Shown here: positions 1-12,881 of the stretch, in pieces
Layout of the letters: the number at the start of each line of letters is the position of its first letter
Position numbering within the stretch: position 1 is the stretch's first letter
NCBI GenBank assembly: GCA_002104905.1
Contig: MCFE01000215.1
Span: 62,472 to 126,471 of the forward strand
DNA length: 64,000 nt
Source: Basidiobolus meristosporus CBS 931.73
Lineage: Eukaryota > Fungi > Basidiobolomycota
Reading direction: 5' to 3'
Notes under the pieces: model-generated
The model's database searches: none
What the model saw: the letters and a program-made list of their open reading frames with translations, nothing else
Told to the model about the DNA's origin: nothing
Program-made: the position numbers and the translations under genes

Positions 1-2532
1 TTAGAAGACACCTACCAGTCATGTTCAGCTGCTAAGAAAATGTATCTGAGACAAAAATTCTTTACTACAAAGATGCTGCCAGGAGAAGAAATGAAAAATC
101 TAATTAACAGAATTACCCTGCTGGTAGATGAGATGGAATCTGTGGGCGTACCAACTACTGATGAGGATGTGATAGTTACCATCCTGAATAGCCTGACAGA
201 CAGGTTTCAGGGCCTTGTATCAGCCCTAGAGTCCAGAACTGAAGATTTGACCTTAATTACATATATGGAAGGCTCCTGGATGAAGAATTAAGAAAATCAA
301 GCGCCAATAAGAAGGAAGAAGAAAATGCTTAATAAGCAATGATAACCAACAAAGGAGGTACCCAAGACCCTACAAAGGCAACAGCAACCTGTTTTGCAAC
401 TACTGCAAAAGGAAAGGACACACATCAGACCAGTGTCTCAAAAAGAGAGATAATCAGCAAAAGAAGCCTGAATATGGAAATGCTGCAACAACTGAAGATA
501 GACTATTCATATCTGCACTAAATATGACCACAAACAAGGATTCTCAGACGTGGTATATTGACTCTGGAGCATCTCAACACTTTACACACCAAAAAGAACT
601 TTTTACCCAATATCAAGAAATTCCAATTAAGAAGGTTTTCATGGGTGACAATAGAACACTTGATGCAGTGGGAGAAGGAACTATCCAAGTAAACCTTAGA
701 AGCAGTGAAGGAAGCCATACACTGACCTTTAAAGAAGTACTCTATGTACCAGAAATAGCCAAGAACCTACTATCTGTAAGCAAGGCCACAGCAGAAGGAC
801 TCAGTTTCAGTTTTGACAATTCTGGATGCAGGATCACTGATCAAAATGGTGCTCATATTGCTTTGGGTATCAGAGATCAGAATCTATACAAGTTGACTTA
901 TATTCCATCATATCTGGAAGCCAATATAAGTAACTTAAATGAAGAAACACCAATGCTTTGGCACAGGAGATTTGGGCACATCAATTTTGATTATTTGCGT
1001 AAAATGATCAAAGATCAGCTAATTTCTGGAGTGAAAATTGAATCTCCCAGCTAATTTGGAGCACTGTGAAGCCTGCATATATGGGAAACAAGCCAGACAA
1101 CCATTCAAGAGCTCTGGGTTAATCAAAACTAAGAAAAAATTAGATCTAATTCACTCAGATCTGTGTGGACCTATGCAAAATATATCCTTAGGCAGGATGA
1201 AGTATTTAATCACTTTATTGATGATTATACAAGATACACATGGGTCTACTTCATGGAGAGAAAGGAAAGAAGCTCTGTCTAAGTTCAGGGAGCTTAAAGC
1301 CATGGTAGAGAGAGAAACTGGTGAAAAAATCAAGAAAATAGCTCTGACAATGGTGGAGAATATACCTCAAAACTCTTCATCCACTTCTGCAAAATTCATG
1401 AGATAAAGCAAGAGACTACTGTACCATACTCCCCACAGCAAAATGGAGTAGCAGAACATGCTAACAGATCAACAATTGATATGGCAAGATCTATGATCCA
1501 TGATCAAAATTATCCTATGATTTTCAGGCAGAATCAGTTGCCACTGCTGTATACCTTAAGAATAGGAGTTATAACAGAATACTTTGTGATTCTACTCCAT
1601 TTGAAGCATGGTATGGATACAGACCAAGTGCAGAGCATCTAAGAATATTTGGGTGTACAGCATATGCCAAGAAACTGCCGGAAATCAGTCAAAATTTGAG
1701 CCAAAAAGTGTAAAATGCATATTTTTGGGTTACTGCAATGAGAGTAAGGCATACAGACTCTACAATACCAAAGCAAAGAAGCTAATCAAGTCCAGTGGAT
1801 GTGTTGTTTGATGAAAATTCAAAATTTTCACAAAAAATGACATCAGATGATGACAAAAATCTGATCTCAAGTCCACCAATTGTCAGGATTGAATCAGAGC
1901 AAAACAATGAAGATTTTTTCACTCCAGAGGACTCTACAACTGTGGTTCAGCCAGAATCAGTGCCCAGGAATATCCCAGAAGTGATCATTCCAGTATCAAA
2001 TGCCCGGAGATCTAATCGGACAAGAAATAGCCCAAATTACTATATCAATGAGGGTGCAAACTTAGCCTATGCCTATTCAGTCCATATTGATGAACCCCAG
2101 ACTGTAAAAGAGGCCCTAAATAGCCCTCAGACAAAGTTTTGGAGATCTGCAATGACTGAGGAATATCAGGCCCTGATGGAAAATCAAACTTGGGACTTAG
2201 TCAAATTACCAATCAACCAAAAATCAATTGGATGCAGATGGGTCTTCAAGACAAAATACAAGGCTGATGGTACAATCAAAGATACAAAGTAAGACTTGTG
2301 CCAAAGATACTCTCAAACAAAAGGACTTGACTATACTGAGACCTTTGCACTGGTGCCAGTTTAATTCCACTGATTAATATTGGCTATTGCAGCCAAATAT
2401 AAGTTTTTATTCATCAAATGGATGTAAAAACTGCATTTTGAATGGAAAATTATGAGCATGTGTATATGGACCAGCCTGATGGTTTGCTGACCAAGATAAC
2501 CTCCATTTGGTCTGAAGCAAAATAGTCTCTAT
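1..2532 (+). mobile_element. Ty1/copia element A, 5' part (gag-protease-integrase-start of RT), frameshifted; begins upstream of the window
   Basis: ORF fragments match the intact copia ORF (WYIDSGASQH protease, LWHRRFGH/CEAC, IHSDLCGP integrase, RWVFKTK RT). Many 1-bp indels. Interrupted at the LYGLKQ codons by element B. Confidence 0.9.
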
Positions 2533-2880
2533 TGCTGTAAGAGTCTTGGAGATATTGGAAGTGATTTGGAGAACAAGTAGATTATGTGGTTTTCACTTAA
2601 TGATTTATTGAATGTAAAAGTAGTATTTATACTTTTACCATGTCTTGGCATATACAAACACGTAGAATAGGTTAAGGAAGGTCCCAAGAACATGTGTGCA
2701 AAGTTTGGGGCTGTTTGGACAACTTTGAGAATTTACATGTTCTGGGTACCTGGTATTTTGGTGAAAATATTCTAAGTAAATCCCGACAAGGAATTTGGTC
2801 AGTATTCTCTAGGATTTGAAGGTAATGATCTAAGTGACTAAGTTAGGTGAATATTTAGGTGGAATACAATTTTTACAACA
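2533..2880 (-). repeat. 3' LTR of copia B
   Basis: Direct repeat of 6868-7218 with a few small indels. Confidence 0.92.
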
Positions 2881-2891
2881 CTCCCACTCAG

Positions 2892-5800
2892 CTAAATGTT
2901 CATACTGACTAGTCCTAATTTTGACCTAAGATATTCAAACTTGTCTCTAGCTAATGGTTTGGTAAGTATGTCTGCAATCATTTCATCTGTAGGACAGTAA
3001 ACTAAGCTAACTAAGTTATTCTCTATAGCTTCACGTATGAAATGATGTCTAATATCTATGTGCTTGGTTCTAGCATGAAAAGTTGGATTTCTACCTAATT
3101 GTATACATCCTTGATTATCTTGAAATAAAGTAATAGGCATTTTTTGACATAGGCCTAAATCTGTAAAGAGCTTTCTTAACCACATTGCTTCTTTTGTAGC
3201 TTCACAGGCTGCCATATACTCTGCCTCTGTAGTAGAAAGTGCTACGGTTGGTTGCTTTCTTGAATTCCATGAAATTGCTCCTTTACAGTAAAGAAAGGTG
3301 TATCCTGTGGTGGATCTTCTGTCTTCTAAATTTTGTCCCCAATCAGCATCAGAGTATCCCACAAGATCCTGTTCTGAATCCTTATAAGTGTATCTTAAGC
3401 AGATATCAGCAGTTCCTTTTAGGTATCTAAAAATCCGCTTAACTGCTGCAATATGATCAGATCCATAATTCTGATTATGTTGGCTGACAACTCCCACTGA
3501 ATATGAGATATCTGGACGTGTTCCAAGCATGATATACATCAGACTGCCGACCATAGATTGATAAGGAAAGTCAGGGCTTTCAGATGGCACCAAGCTCTCT
3601 TGATTTGGTTGAGTTTTGACCAAGTTAAGGTTTGTCTCCATTGGGGTAGCTGCTGGTTTACAGTCTTCCATTTGGTACTTCTTTAGTATATCTTGAATAT
3701 ACTTGGATTGGCTTAGGGTGATAGTCTGGGTACTTCTGTCTATGGAGAACTTAATCCCTAAGTAGTAACTAAGTTCTCCTAGATCAGACATCTTGAACTC
3801 CTTAGATAGGCTGGATTTAGTCTCTTCCAATGTTTCTAGGTTATTGGCGGCTATAATAAGATCATCCACATATAGAGCTAATAGAACTGGATTTGCTCTA
3901 TCTGGCTTATAGTATATACTATAGTCAGCATTACTCCTTTTGAAACTCAAAGATTCCAAATAAGAATCTATCTTGCAATTCCAGGCTCTTGGTGATTGTT
4001 TGAGACCATATAGTGACTTTTTAAGCTTGCAGACCAAATGGGGGTTATCTTGGTCAACAAACCCATCAGGCTGGTCCATATACACGTCCTCATCAAGTTC
4101 TCCATTCAAAAATGCAGTTTTTACATCCATTTGATGAATAAAAAACTTATATTTGGCTGCAATAGCCAATATTAATCTGATGGAATTAAACTTGGCTACC
4201 AGTGCAAAGGTCTCAGTATAGTCAAGTCCTTTTGTTTGAGAGTATCCTTTGGCTACAAGTCTTGCTTTGTATCTTTCAATTGTACCATCAGCCTTGTATT
4301 TTGTCTTGAAGACCCATCTGCATCCAATTGATTTTTGGTTGATTGGTAATTTGACTAAGTCCCAAGTTTGATTTTCCATCAGGGCCTGATATTCCTCAGT
4401 CATTGCAGATCTCCAAAACTTTGTCTGAGGGCTATTTAGGGCCTCTTTTACAGTCTGGGGTTCATCAATATGGACTGAATAGGCATAGGCTAAGTTTGTA
4501 CCCTCATTGATATAGTAATTTGGGCTATTTCTTGTCCGATTGGATCTCCGGGCATTTGATACTGGAATGATCACTTCTGGGATATTCCTGGGCACTGATT
4601 CTGGCTGAACCATGGTTGTAGAGTCCTCTGGAGTGAAAAAATTTTCATTGTTTTGCTCTGATTCAATCCTGACAATTGGTGGACTTGAGATCAAATTTTT
4701 GTCATCATCTGATGTCATTTTTTGTGAAAATTTTGAATTTTCATCAAACAACACATCCCTGGACTTGATCAGCTTCTTTGCTTTGGTATTGTAGAGTCTG
4801 TATGCCTTACTCTCATTGCAGTAGCCCAAAAATATGCATTTTACACTTTTTGGCTCAAATTTTGACTGATTTCCGGCCAGTTTTTTGGCATATGCTGTAC
4901 ACCCAAATATTCTTAGATGTTCTGCACTTGGTCTGTATCCATACCATGCTTCAAATGGAGTAGAATCACGAAGTATTCTGTTATAACTCCTATTTTTAAG
5001 ATATACAGCAGTGGCAACTGATTCCGCCCAAAAATCATAGGATAATTTTTGATCATGGATCATAGATCTTGCCATATCAATTATTGATCTGTTAGCTTGT
5101 TCTGCTACTCCATTTTGCTGTGGGGAGTATGGTACAGTAGTCTCTTGCTTTATCCCATGAATTTTGCAGAAGTGGATGAAGAGTTTTGAGGTATATTCTC
5201 CACCATTGTCAGAGCGTATTTTCTTGATTTTTTCACCAGTTTCTCTCTCCACCATGGCTTTAAACTCCCTGAGCTTAGACAGAGCTTCTTCCTTTCTCTC
5301 CATGAAGTAGACCCATGTGTATCTTGTATAATCATCAATAAAAGTGATTAAATACTTCATCCCGCCTAAGGATAAATTTTGCATAGGTCCACACAGATCT
5401 GAGTGAATTAGATCTAATTTTTTCTTAGTTTTGATTAACCCAGAGCTCTTGAACGGTTGTCTGGCTTGTTTCCCATATATGCAGGCTTCACAGTGCTCCA
5501 AATTAGCTGGGGGATCAATTTTCACTCCAGAAATTAGCTGATCTTTGATCATTTTACGCAAATAATCAAAATTGATGTGTCCAAATCTCCTGTGCCAAAG
5601 CATTGGTGTTTCTTCATTTAAGTTACTTATATTGGCTTCCAGATATGATGGAATATAAGTCAACTTGTATAGATTCTGATCTCTGATGCCCAAAGCAATA
5701 TGAGCACCATTTTGATCAGTGATCCTGCATCCAGAATTGTCAAAACTGAAACTGAGTCCTTCTGCTGTGGCCTTGCTTACAGAGAGTAGGTTCTTGGCTA

Positions 5801-6863
5801 TTTCTGGTACATAGAGTACTTCTTTAAAGGTCAGTGTATGGCTTCCTTCACTGCTTCTAAGGTTTACTTGGATAGTTCCTTCTCCCACTGCATCAAGTGT
5901 TCTATCGTCACCCATGAAAACCTTCTTAATTGGAATTTCTTGATATTGGGTAAAAAGTTCTTTTTGGTGTGTAAAGTGTTGAGAAGCTCCAGAGTCAATA
6001 TACCACGTCTGAGAATCCTTGTTTGTGGTCATATTTAGTGCAGATATGAATAGTCTATCTTCAGTTGTTGCAGCATTTCCATATTCAGGCTTCTTTTGCT
6101 GATAATCTCTCTTTTTGAAACACCGGTCTGATGTGTGTCCTTTCCTTTTGCAGTAGTTGCAAAATAGGTTGCTGTTGCCTTTGTAGGGTCTTGGGTACCT
6201 CCTTTGTTGGTTATCATTGCTTATTAAAGCATTTTCTTCTTCCTTCTTATTGGCGCTTGATTTTCTTAATTCTTCATCCAGGAGCCTTCCATATACGTAA
6301 TTTAAGGTCAAATCTTCAGTTCTGGACTCTAGGGCTGATACAAGGCCCTGAAACTTGTCTGTCAGGCTATTCAGGATGGTAACTATCACATCCTCATCAG
6401 TAGTTGGTACGCCCACAGATTCCATCTCATCTACCAGCAGGGTAATTCTGTTAATTAGATTTTTCATTTCTTCTCCTGGCAGCATCTTTGTAGTAAAGAA
6501 TTTTCTTCTCAGATACATTTTCTTGGCAGCTGAACATGACTGGTAGGTGTCTTCTAATGCTTTCCAGGCATTCTTTGCCGTTTTTGCTCTTGAGCATTGA
6601 ATTAGCAATTTGTCCTTGACATTAAGGCAAATGCAGTTAAAGGCACTTTGTTCTTTCTTCTGGTACTTTAAGGCTTCCTCTCCCACGTTTTTAGGAGGGC
6701 ATTCTTCTCCCATGACAATATCCCAAAGGCCTCTTTCTTGTAGCAGCATCTTCATCTTCACCTTCCACACTTGGTAGTTAGATCCATCCAACTTTTCAGC
6801 AGAGGGAAAAATTCCAGTAATAGCAGTAGTAGACATTGCAGAGAGTGACAGCTTGGGGCTCAT
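2892..6863 (-). CDS. Copia gag-pol polyprotein (1323 aa from the first ATG; alternative ATG at 6836)
   Basis: CCHC knuckle CNYCKRKGHTSDRC, protease DSGAS, integrase HHCC and D-D-E, RT YVDD, RNase H YSDADW. The track start at 6911 is a non-ATG codon inside the LTR. Confidence 0.95.
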   Translation of the reverse strand: MSPKLSLSAMSTTAITGIFPSAEKLDGSNYQVWKVKMKMLLQERGLWDIVMGEECPPKNVGEEALKYQKKEQSAFNCICLNVKDKLLIQCSRAKTAKNAWKALEDTYQSCSAAKKMYLRRKFFTTKMLPGEEMKNLINRITLLVDEMESVGVPTTDEDVIVTILNSLTDKFQGLVSALESRTEDLTLNYVYGRLLDEELRKSSANKKEEENALISNDNQQRRYPRPYKGNSNLFCNYCKRKGHTSDRCFKKRDYQQKKPEYGNAATTEDRLFISALNMTTNKDSQTWYIDSGASQHFTHQKELFTQYQEIPIKKVFMGDDRTLDAVGEGTIQVNLRSSEGSHTLTFKEVLYVPEIAKNLLSVSKATAEGLSFSFDNSGCRITDQNGAHIALGIRDQNLYKLTYIPSYLEANISNLNEETPMLWHRRFGHINFDYLRKMIKDQLISGVKIDPPANLEHCEACIYGKQARQPFKSSGLIKTKKKLDLIHSDLCGPMQNLSLGGMKYLITFIDDYTRYTWVYFMERKEEALSKLREFKAMVERETGEKIKKIRSDNGGEYTSKLFIHFCKIHGIKQETTVPYSPQQNGVAEQANRSIIDMARSMIHDQKLSYDFWAESVATAVYLKNRSYNRILRDSTPFEAWYGYRPSAEHLRIFGCTAYAKKLAGNQSKFEPKSVKCIFLGYCNESKAYRLYNTKAKKLIKSRDVLFDENSKFSQKMTSDDDKNLISSPPIVRIESEQNNENFFTPEDSTTMVQPESVPRNIPEVIIPVSNARRSNRTRNSPNYYINEGTNLAYAYSVHIDEPQTVKEALNSPQTKFWRSAMTEEYQALMENQTWDLVKLPINQKSIGCRWVFKTKYKADGTIERYKARLVAKGYSQTKGLDYTETFALVAKFNSIRLILAIAAKYKFFIHQMDVKTAFLNGELDEDVYMDQPDGFVDQDNPHLVCKLKKSLYGLKQSPRAWNCKIDSYLESLSFKRSNADYSIYYKPDRANPVLLALYVDDLIIAANNLETLEETKSSLSKEFKMSDLGELSYYLGIKFSIDRSTQTITLSQSKYIQDILKKYQMEDCKPAATPMETNLNLVKTQPNQESLVPSESPDFPYQSMVGSLMYIMLGTRPDISYSVGVVSQHNQNYGSDHIAAVKRIFRYLKGTADICLRYTYKDSEQDLVGYSDADWGQNLEDRRSTTGYTFLYCKGAISWNSRKQPTVALSTTEAEYMAACEATKEAMWLRKLFTDLGLCQKMPITLFQDNQGCIQLGRNPTFHARTKHIDIRHHFIREAIENNLVSLVYCPTDEMIADILTKPLARDKFEYLRSKLGLVSMNI

Positions 6864-6867
6864 AACC

Positions 6868-7218
6868 TGTTGTAAGAGTCTTGGAGATATTGGAAGTGAT
6901 TTGGAGAACAAGTAGATTATGTGGTTTTCACTTAATGATTTATTGAATGTAAAAGTAGTATTTATACTTTTACCATGGTCTTGGCATTACAAACACGTAG
7001 AATAGGTTAAGGAAGGTCCCAAGAACATGTGTGCAAAGTTTGGGGCTGTTTGGACAACTTTGAGAATTTACATGTTCTGGGTACCTGGTATTTTGGTGAA
7101 AATATTCTAAGTAAATCCCGACAAGGAATTTGGTCAGTATTCTCTAGGATTTGAAGGTAATGATCTAAGTGACTAAGTTAGGGGAATATTTAGGTGGAAT
7201 TACGAATTTTTTACAACA
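6868..7218 (-). repeat. 5' LTR of copia B
   Basis: TGTTG...CAACA ends; followed on the minus strand by the PBS. Confidence 0.92.
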
Positions 7219-7223
7219 TCTAT

Positions 7224-8702
7224 TTGGTCTTAAACAATCACTGAGAGCCTGGAGTTGCAAGATAGATTCTTATTTGGAATCTTTGGGTGCCAAAAGGAGT
7301 AATGCTGACTATAGTATATACTATAAGCCAGATAGAGCAAACCCAGTTCTATTAGCTCTATATGTGGATGATCTTATTATTGCTACCAAATACCTAGAAA
7401 CATTAGAAGAGACTAAATCCAGCCTATCTGAGAAGTTCAAGATGTCCAATCTAGGAGAGCTCAGTTACTACTTAGGGATTAAGTTCTCCATAGGCAGAAA
7501 TACCCAGACTATTACCTTAAGCCAATTCAAGTATACTCAAGATATACTAAAGAAGTACCAAATGGAAGACAGTAAACTGGCAGTTACCCCAATGGAGACA
7601 AACCTTAACTTGGACAAAACTCAACCAAGTCAAGAGAGCTTGGTGCCATCTGAAAGCCCTGACTTTCCTTGTCAATCTATGATTGGCAGTCTGATGCATA
7701 TCATGCTTGGAACATGTCCAGCTATCTCATATTCAGTGGGAGTTGTCACCCAGAGTAATCAGAACTATGGATCTGATCATATTGCAGCAGTTGAGAAAAT
7801 TTTTGGATACCTAAAAGGAACTGCTGATATCTGCCTAAGATACACTTAAAATGACTCAGAACAAGACCTTGTGGGATACTCTGATGCTGATTGGGAGCAA
7901 AATTTGGAAGACAGAAGATCCACCACAGGATACACCTTTCTTTACTGTCAAGAAGCAATTTCATGGAACTCAAGAAAGTAACCAACCATAGCACTTTCTA
8001 CCACAGAGGCAGAGTATGTGGCAGCCTGTAAAGCTACAAAAGAAGCAATGTGGCTAAGAAAGCATTTTACAGACTTAGGCCTATGTCAAAAAATGCCTAT
8101 TACTTTATTTCAAGATAATCAAGGATATATACAATCAGGTAGATATCCAACTTTTCATGCTAGAACTAAGCACATAGAGATTAGACATCCTTTCATATGT
8201 GAAGCTATAGGGAATAACTTAGTTAGCTTAGTTTACTGTCCTTCAGATGAAATGATTGCTGACATATTTACCGAACCATTTGCTAGATACAAGATTGAAT
8301 ATCTTGGGTCAAAATTAGGACTAGTCAGTATGAACATTTAGCTGAGTGGGAGTGTTGTAAAAACTTGTAATTCCACCCAAATATTCACCTAACTTAGCCA
8401 CTTAGATCATGATCTTCAAATCCTACAGAATACTGACCAGATTCCTTGTTGGGATTTACTTTGAGAATTTTCATGTTCTGGGTACCTGGTATTTTGGTGA
8501 AAATATTCTAAGTTGTTCAGACAGCCCCAAACTTTGCACACATGCTCTTGGGACCTTCCTTAACCTATTCTATGTGTTTGTTATGCCAGGACAGTGTAAA
8601 AGTATAAATACTACTTTTACATTCAATAAATCATTAAGAGAAGATCCTTATAATCTACTTGTTCTCCTAATCACTTCCAATATCTCCAAGACTCTTACAA
8701 CA
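7224..8702 (+). mobile_element. Copia element A, 3' part (RT/RNase H with stops) and 3' LTR 8353-8702
   Basis: Resumes at ..FGLKQS after the TSD; YVDD motif; ends MNI* at 8341; PPT GAGTGGGAG, then TGTTG LTR ending CAACA at 8702. Confidence 0.9.
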
Positions 8703-8811
8703 GCAACTGAGTTCTCCTAGTTCAGACATCTTGAACTCCTTAGATTGACTGGATCCAGTCTCTTCCAATGTTTCTACATCATTGGTGGCTATAATAAGAT
8801 AACCCATATAT

Positions 8812-9332
8812 TGTTATGAATAGACACAAGGCAGGAGGAAAAGCTAGGCACGGCAGGAAAGGACTTAGGTGTGGACCATCAAGGCAAGGCAGGATTCAAG
8901 GCAAGGCTGTTTATTCAAGACCTGTGTTTATCAGACTGAGGAATACTTAAGGGGGGATAGGACTATATATACTTTTTGGCTATATTGATGCCGAGAGATG
9001 TTAGCTAATACTAATGGGGTTGTGGGGTGAGGCACAGCAATGGTGCTGGGGATAATGACATAGATGACACGGTACTGAGACAGGATGGGAAAATGGATTG
9101 GGTCACCTGATCATGTGACTAAGTCATGTGACCTGGTATTTCCATATATGGTACTGGACTATAAAAAATACGATGGAAAGCTTCCATGGAATGTTCCATT
9201 GTGTAACAATGGTTTGGAATGGTCAGGAACTTTCTGGAAGGTGGTAGAAGGTTCCGGAAGGAATCTCTTAGAAATTGAGCTGGGAAGCTGAAACTTGGCA
9301 TGGGTGTTCATGGTTGTCATGTGATCATGACA
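8812..9332 (-). repeat. 3' LTR of chromovirus
   Basis: Direct repeat of 14193-14713. Confidence 0.95.
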
Positions 9333-12300
9333 CTATTCTCCTCTTCCAGGCGGAGCTCTGTTTCCCTTTGGGGCAGGTTTTGCAGGATATTGTTGGTGGA
9401 ACTGGGTAACTAGTTCTTGACAATTAGTGAGATGTGTAGCTGGTTCCCATGTTTGGTCACTTGGGCCATAACCAATCCAGTCTACTAAGTAGTACAGCTT
9501 TGACCGGATATACTTGGAGTCTAGAATCTGTTTAACTTCAAATTCTTGATGTTGGTCAACCTGGATAGCTTGGGGCTTTGCTTCTTGCCAGTTTGGCAAT
9601 GTGTTCCTACAATACGGCTCCAGGAGGGACACATGGAAAGTATCATGGATTTTCATACTTGCTGGTAACTGTAGCTGATATACTATAGGGCTAAGCTTCT
9701 TCTTGATCTTGAAGGGACCAAGTTTCTTGAAATCCAACTTGTCACAAGGGCGGTTGGTGCTGATGTTTCTTCTGAGCAACCATACAGAATCTCCTTCATT
9801 AAGATCAGGGCTGGGATGCCGTTTTAGATTGGCAAATTTCTTGTAGCTTTCCTGAGCTAAGGATAGCTCTTCCTTGAGGGTGTTCTGGATGTCCTGGATT
9901 GCTTGGGCATGTTCAGCCGCATGTGGGCTCATTGGGTTTGTTGGAATCTGGATATCAAACTGAGGGTGGAATCCATAGTTTGCATAGAATGGTGTAAAAC
10001 CGGTTGCACTATGGCTTGAGTTGTTGTAGGCAAACTCAGCAACAGGGAGTAGATCAACCCAATTGTCTTGCTGGTAATTGATATAGCACCGGAGGTATTG
10101 CTCCAGAATCTGGTTGATTCTTTCAGTCTGGCCATCAGACTGTGGATGGAAGGCAGTAGAGAGCTTGACTTGAACACCAAGGTATTGCATGAAGTGTTTC
10201 CAAAACTTGGACACAAACTGTGGGCCTCTATCTGACACAATATCACTGGGGATACCATGAAGGCGGAAAATATTCTTCAGGACTAAAGCAGCAGTTTCTT
10301 TTGCATCAGTGTTCTTACAGCAAGGGATGAAGTGAGCCATCTTGGTCAGCCGGTCAGCCACTACAAGTATAGTATTGAAGCCACATGACTCAGGGAGGTC
10401 AGTAATGAAGTCCATAGATATAGATCTCCATTGGTGTTCTGGGATAGGCAGGGGTTGAAGAAGTCCATAGGGCTGGTGTCTGGCTGGTTTTGCACGGTTG
10501 CAAATATCACAAGTCAGAATGTACTCTTTGATAAGAGTTATCATTCTAGGCCACCAGAAATCTCTTTTGATAGCATTCAAGGTTTTGGCAGTACCAAAGT
10601 GGCCTGCAGCCATTGAATCATGCCGAGACTTAATGATGTCTAGCTGGGTGGCAAGGTCTGGGACATAAAGCTGCTGCTTGTGGTAGATGAGGTTGTTTAC
10701 CAAATGCAGGTTCTGGATGTTTGGGAACTTGGGAGGGGGCCCAACTGGGGATTCCAGATATTTCTTGATGGTGCTGGAAGTCATATCAGAGGCTTGGGAT
10801 TCTGATATCCTTACTAGGAATGAAGGGATGACAAGACTTGAGGACTGGGTGGCAAGAATCTCAAAATGTTTCTTGCTCAGCAATGGGTGTTCCATTTGCC
10901 GACAGGCATCATCTCCCTCTTCCAGGGCATATTCCTTTTTTCTGGACAGGGCATCAGGCTTTCCTTGCTTTGCACCAGGTCTATAGGTGATAGTAAAGTC
11001 AAAGCTGGACAGGAAGAGTGACCATCTGGCTTGTCTCCGGTTTAGTACTTTGGAAGTTGTAAAGTACTCAAGGTTCTTATGGTCACAGAAGACTTTGATA
11101 TTGTGTTTTGCACCGTCCAGGTAGTGTCTCCATTGCTCAAAGGCTACAATGATGGCAAGCAACTCCTTATCATAGATATCATAGTTGATCTCTGCAGGGG
11201 AAAACTTCCGAGAGTAGAATGCAATGGGGTGCAACACATTGTCCTCATCATACTGGGAGAGTATGGCACCAAGGGCAAAATCAGAAGCATCAGTCTCCAC
11301 TATGAATTGCTTCTCAAGGTCAGGGTGGGCAAGCAGGGGGGCCTTCAGGAAAGATTTCTTGAGTTGGTTGAATGAGCTGGATTGCTCCTCATTCCAGGCA
11401 AAAGGTGTGTTCTTCTGGGTAAGCTTTGTCAGAGGGGTGACTATCTTGGAGTAGTTGGCTATGAACCTGCGATAGAAGTTGGCAAATCCCAGGAAGGATT
11501 GTACTTCCTTGACTGAGCTTGGAGTTTTCCAGGACTGGACTGAGTCAACTTTCTCTGGGTCCATTCTTGTTCCCTCAGGGCTGATGAGGTAACCCAGAAA
11601 TTCTACTTCTCTCTGGTCAAATTCACACTTCTCTAACTTGGCATAGAGACCGGCAGAGTCTAGTTTTCTCAATACTTTCTTGACATGTTCATCATGTTCA
11701 TCTTGGCTCTTGGAGTATATGAGAATATCATCAAGGTAGATTACCACAAACTGGTCAAGGTATTTGCGGAATATGTCATTCATGAGGTGTTGAAACACAG
11801 CAGGGGCATTGGTGAGGCCAAATGGCATTACTTTGTACTCAAAGTGACCATATCTTGTGCGAAAGGCAGTTTTCCATTCATCACCAGGCTTGATTCTGAC
11901 AAGATTGTAAGCTCCTCTCAAGTCTATCTTGGTGAAGACTTGGGCAGCAGATAGCTGATCCAACAGTGTGTTGATCAGGGGCAGGGGGTAGCGGTTCTTG
12001 ACTGTGATCTTATTCAAAGCACGGTAGTCCACACACATTCTGAGGGTGCCATCCTTCTTCTTGACAAAGAGGATTGGGGCTCCAGCAGGTGATTTGGAGT
12101 GCTGAATAAAACCCTTCTGGAGGTTTTCTTGAATATAACCATGGAGTTCTTTCAACTCCGGCTGGGAGAGGTTATATATTGGGCCAAATGGAGGGACTTT
12201 TCCATCTTCAAGGTCAATAGGGCAGTCATAAGGCCGATGGTCAGGGAGGAGTTCTGCATTCTTCTTGTCAAAGACATGGGCAAACTCTTGGTACTTGGCT

Positions 12301-12881
12301 GGTATAGTTGCTGAGGGGGCTCCTTCAGCTGGCAAGGTATCTTGGGCTGTTGAACTGTTGGCAACCGTCTTTTCACGGTTATCAGGGTCTGGAGATTTCA
12401 TGGAGTTGACTTGGTGGGATCTGGTGAATGACAGGATCTTGGATTTCCAATCAATACTCGGATTGTGGTAGCTCAGCCATGAGCTTCCAAGCACAATAGG
12501 ATAGTGTGGTGAGTTGATGATGTTGAAGGCGATTCTTTCTTGGTGGGCAGTACTGGATAGCTGGAGTAAGCATGTTTCATGGGTAACAGCACCAGAGGAG
12601 AGTGATCTTCCATCAATAACTTCTACTTGGACTGGACAGGATTTCAAGGTAACAGGAATAGAGTGCTTCTGGACAAAGGCTTGGTCAATGAAACAGGATG
12701 AAGCACCGGAATCAATCAGGGCTAGGGCTGGGACAGGACTGGAGTCAGGGATCTGGATTTTGACAGGCATTCTCAAGGACTGGATAGATTTTGTGGCAAA
12801 GGAAGATTCTTGTATATGCTGGATTTTCATGGGTGGGTCCAGTTGCAAGCCTGTCAGTGCAACTGGACATTGGAGTTTCCC
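9333..12881 (-). CDS. Pol: protease, RT, RNase H, integrase, chromodomain (expressed by -1 frameshift from gag)
   Basis: [24 protein letters not shown], and C-terminal FEVKQILD...YLVDWIGY...TWEP chromodomain. Confidence 0.95.
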   Translation of the reverse strand, partial: GKLQCPVALTGLQLDPPMKIQHIQESSFATKSIQSLRMPVKIQIPDSSPVPALALIDSGASSCFIDQAFVQKHSIPVTLKSCPVQVEVIDGRSLSSGAVTHETCLLQLSSTAHQERIAFNIINSPHYPIVLGSSWLSYHNPSIDWKSKILSFTRSHQVNSMKSPDPDNREKTVANSSTAQDTLPAEGAPSATIPAKYQEFAHVFDKKNAELLPDHRPYDCPIDLEDGKVPPFGPIYNLSQPELKELHGYIQENLQKGFIQHSKSPAGAPILFVKKKDGTLRMCVDYRALNKITVKNRYPLPLINTLLDQLSAAQVFTKIDLRGAYNLVRIKPGDEWKTAFRTRYGHFEYKVMPFGLTNAPAVFQHLMNDIFRKYLDQFVVIYLDDILIYSKSQDEHDEHVKKVLRKLDSAGLYAKLEKCEFDQREVEFLGYLISPEGTRMDPEKVDSVQSWKTPSSVKEVQSFLGFANFYRRFIANYSKIVTPLTKLTQKNTPFAWNEEQSSSFNQLKKSFLKAPLLAHPDLEKQFIVETDASDFALGAILSQYDEDNVLHPIAFYSRKFSPAEINYDIYDKELLAIIVAFEQWRHYLDGAKHNIKVFCDHKNLEYFTTSKVLNRRQARWSLFLSSFDFTITYRPGAKQGKPDALSRKKEYALEEGDDACRQMEHPLLSKKHFEILATQSSSLVIPSFLVRISESQASDMTSSTIKKYLESPVGPPPKFPNIQNLHLVNNLIYHKQQLYVPDLATQLDIIKSRHDSMAAGHFGTAKTLNAIKRDFWWPRMITLIKEYILTCDICNRAKPARHQPYGLLQPLPIPEHQWRSISMDFITDLPESCGFNTILVVADRLTKMAHFIPCCKNTDAKETAALVLKNIFRLHGIPSDIVSDRGPQFVSKFWKHFMQYLGVQVKLSTAFHPQSDGQTERINQILEQYLRCYINYQQDNWVDLLPVAEFAYNNSSHSATGFTPFYANYGFHPQFDIQIPTNPMSPHAAEHAQAIQDIQNTLKEELSLAQESYKKFANLKRHPSPDLNEGDSVWLLRRNISTNRPCDKLDFKKLGPFKIKKKLSPIVYQLQLPASMKIHDTFHVSLLEPYCRNTLPNWQEAKPQAIQVDQHQEFEVKQILDSKYIRSKLYYLVDWIGYGPSDQTWEPATHLTNCQELVTQFHQQYPAKPAPKGNRAPPGRGE

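Larger units (their letters stand above)
2533..7218 (-). mobile_element. Full-length Ty1/copia element B
   Basis: Two ~350-bp TG...CA LTRs; 5-bp TSD TCTAT (2528-2532, 7219-7223); PPT GAGTGGGAG next to the 3' LTR; copia-type PBS GGTTATGAGCCCC next to the 5' LTR; single intact ORF. Confidence 0.96.
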
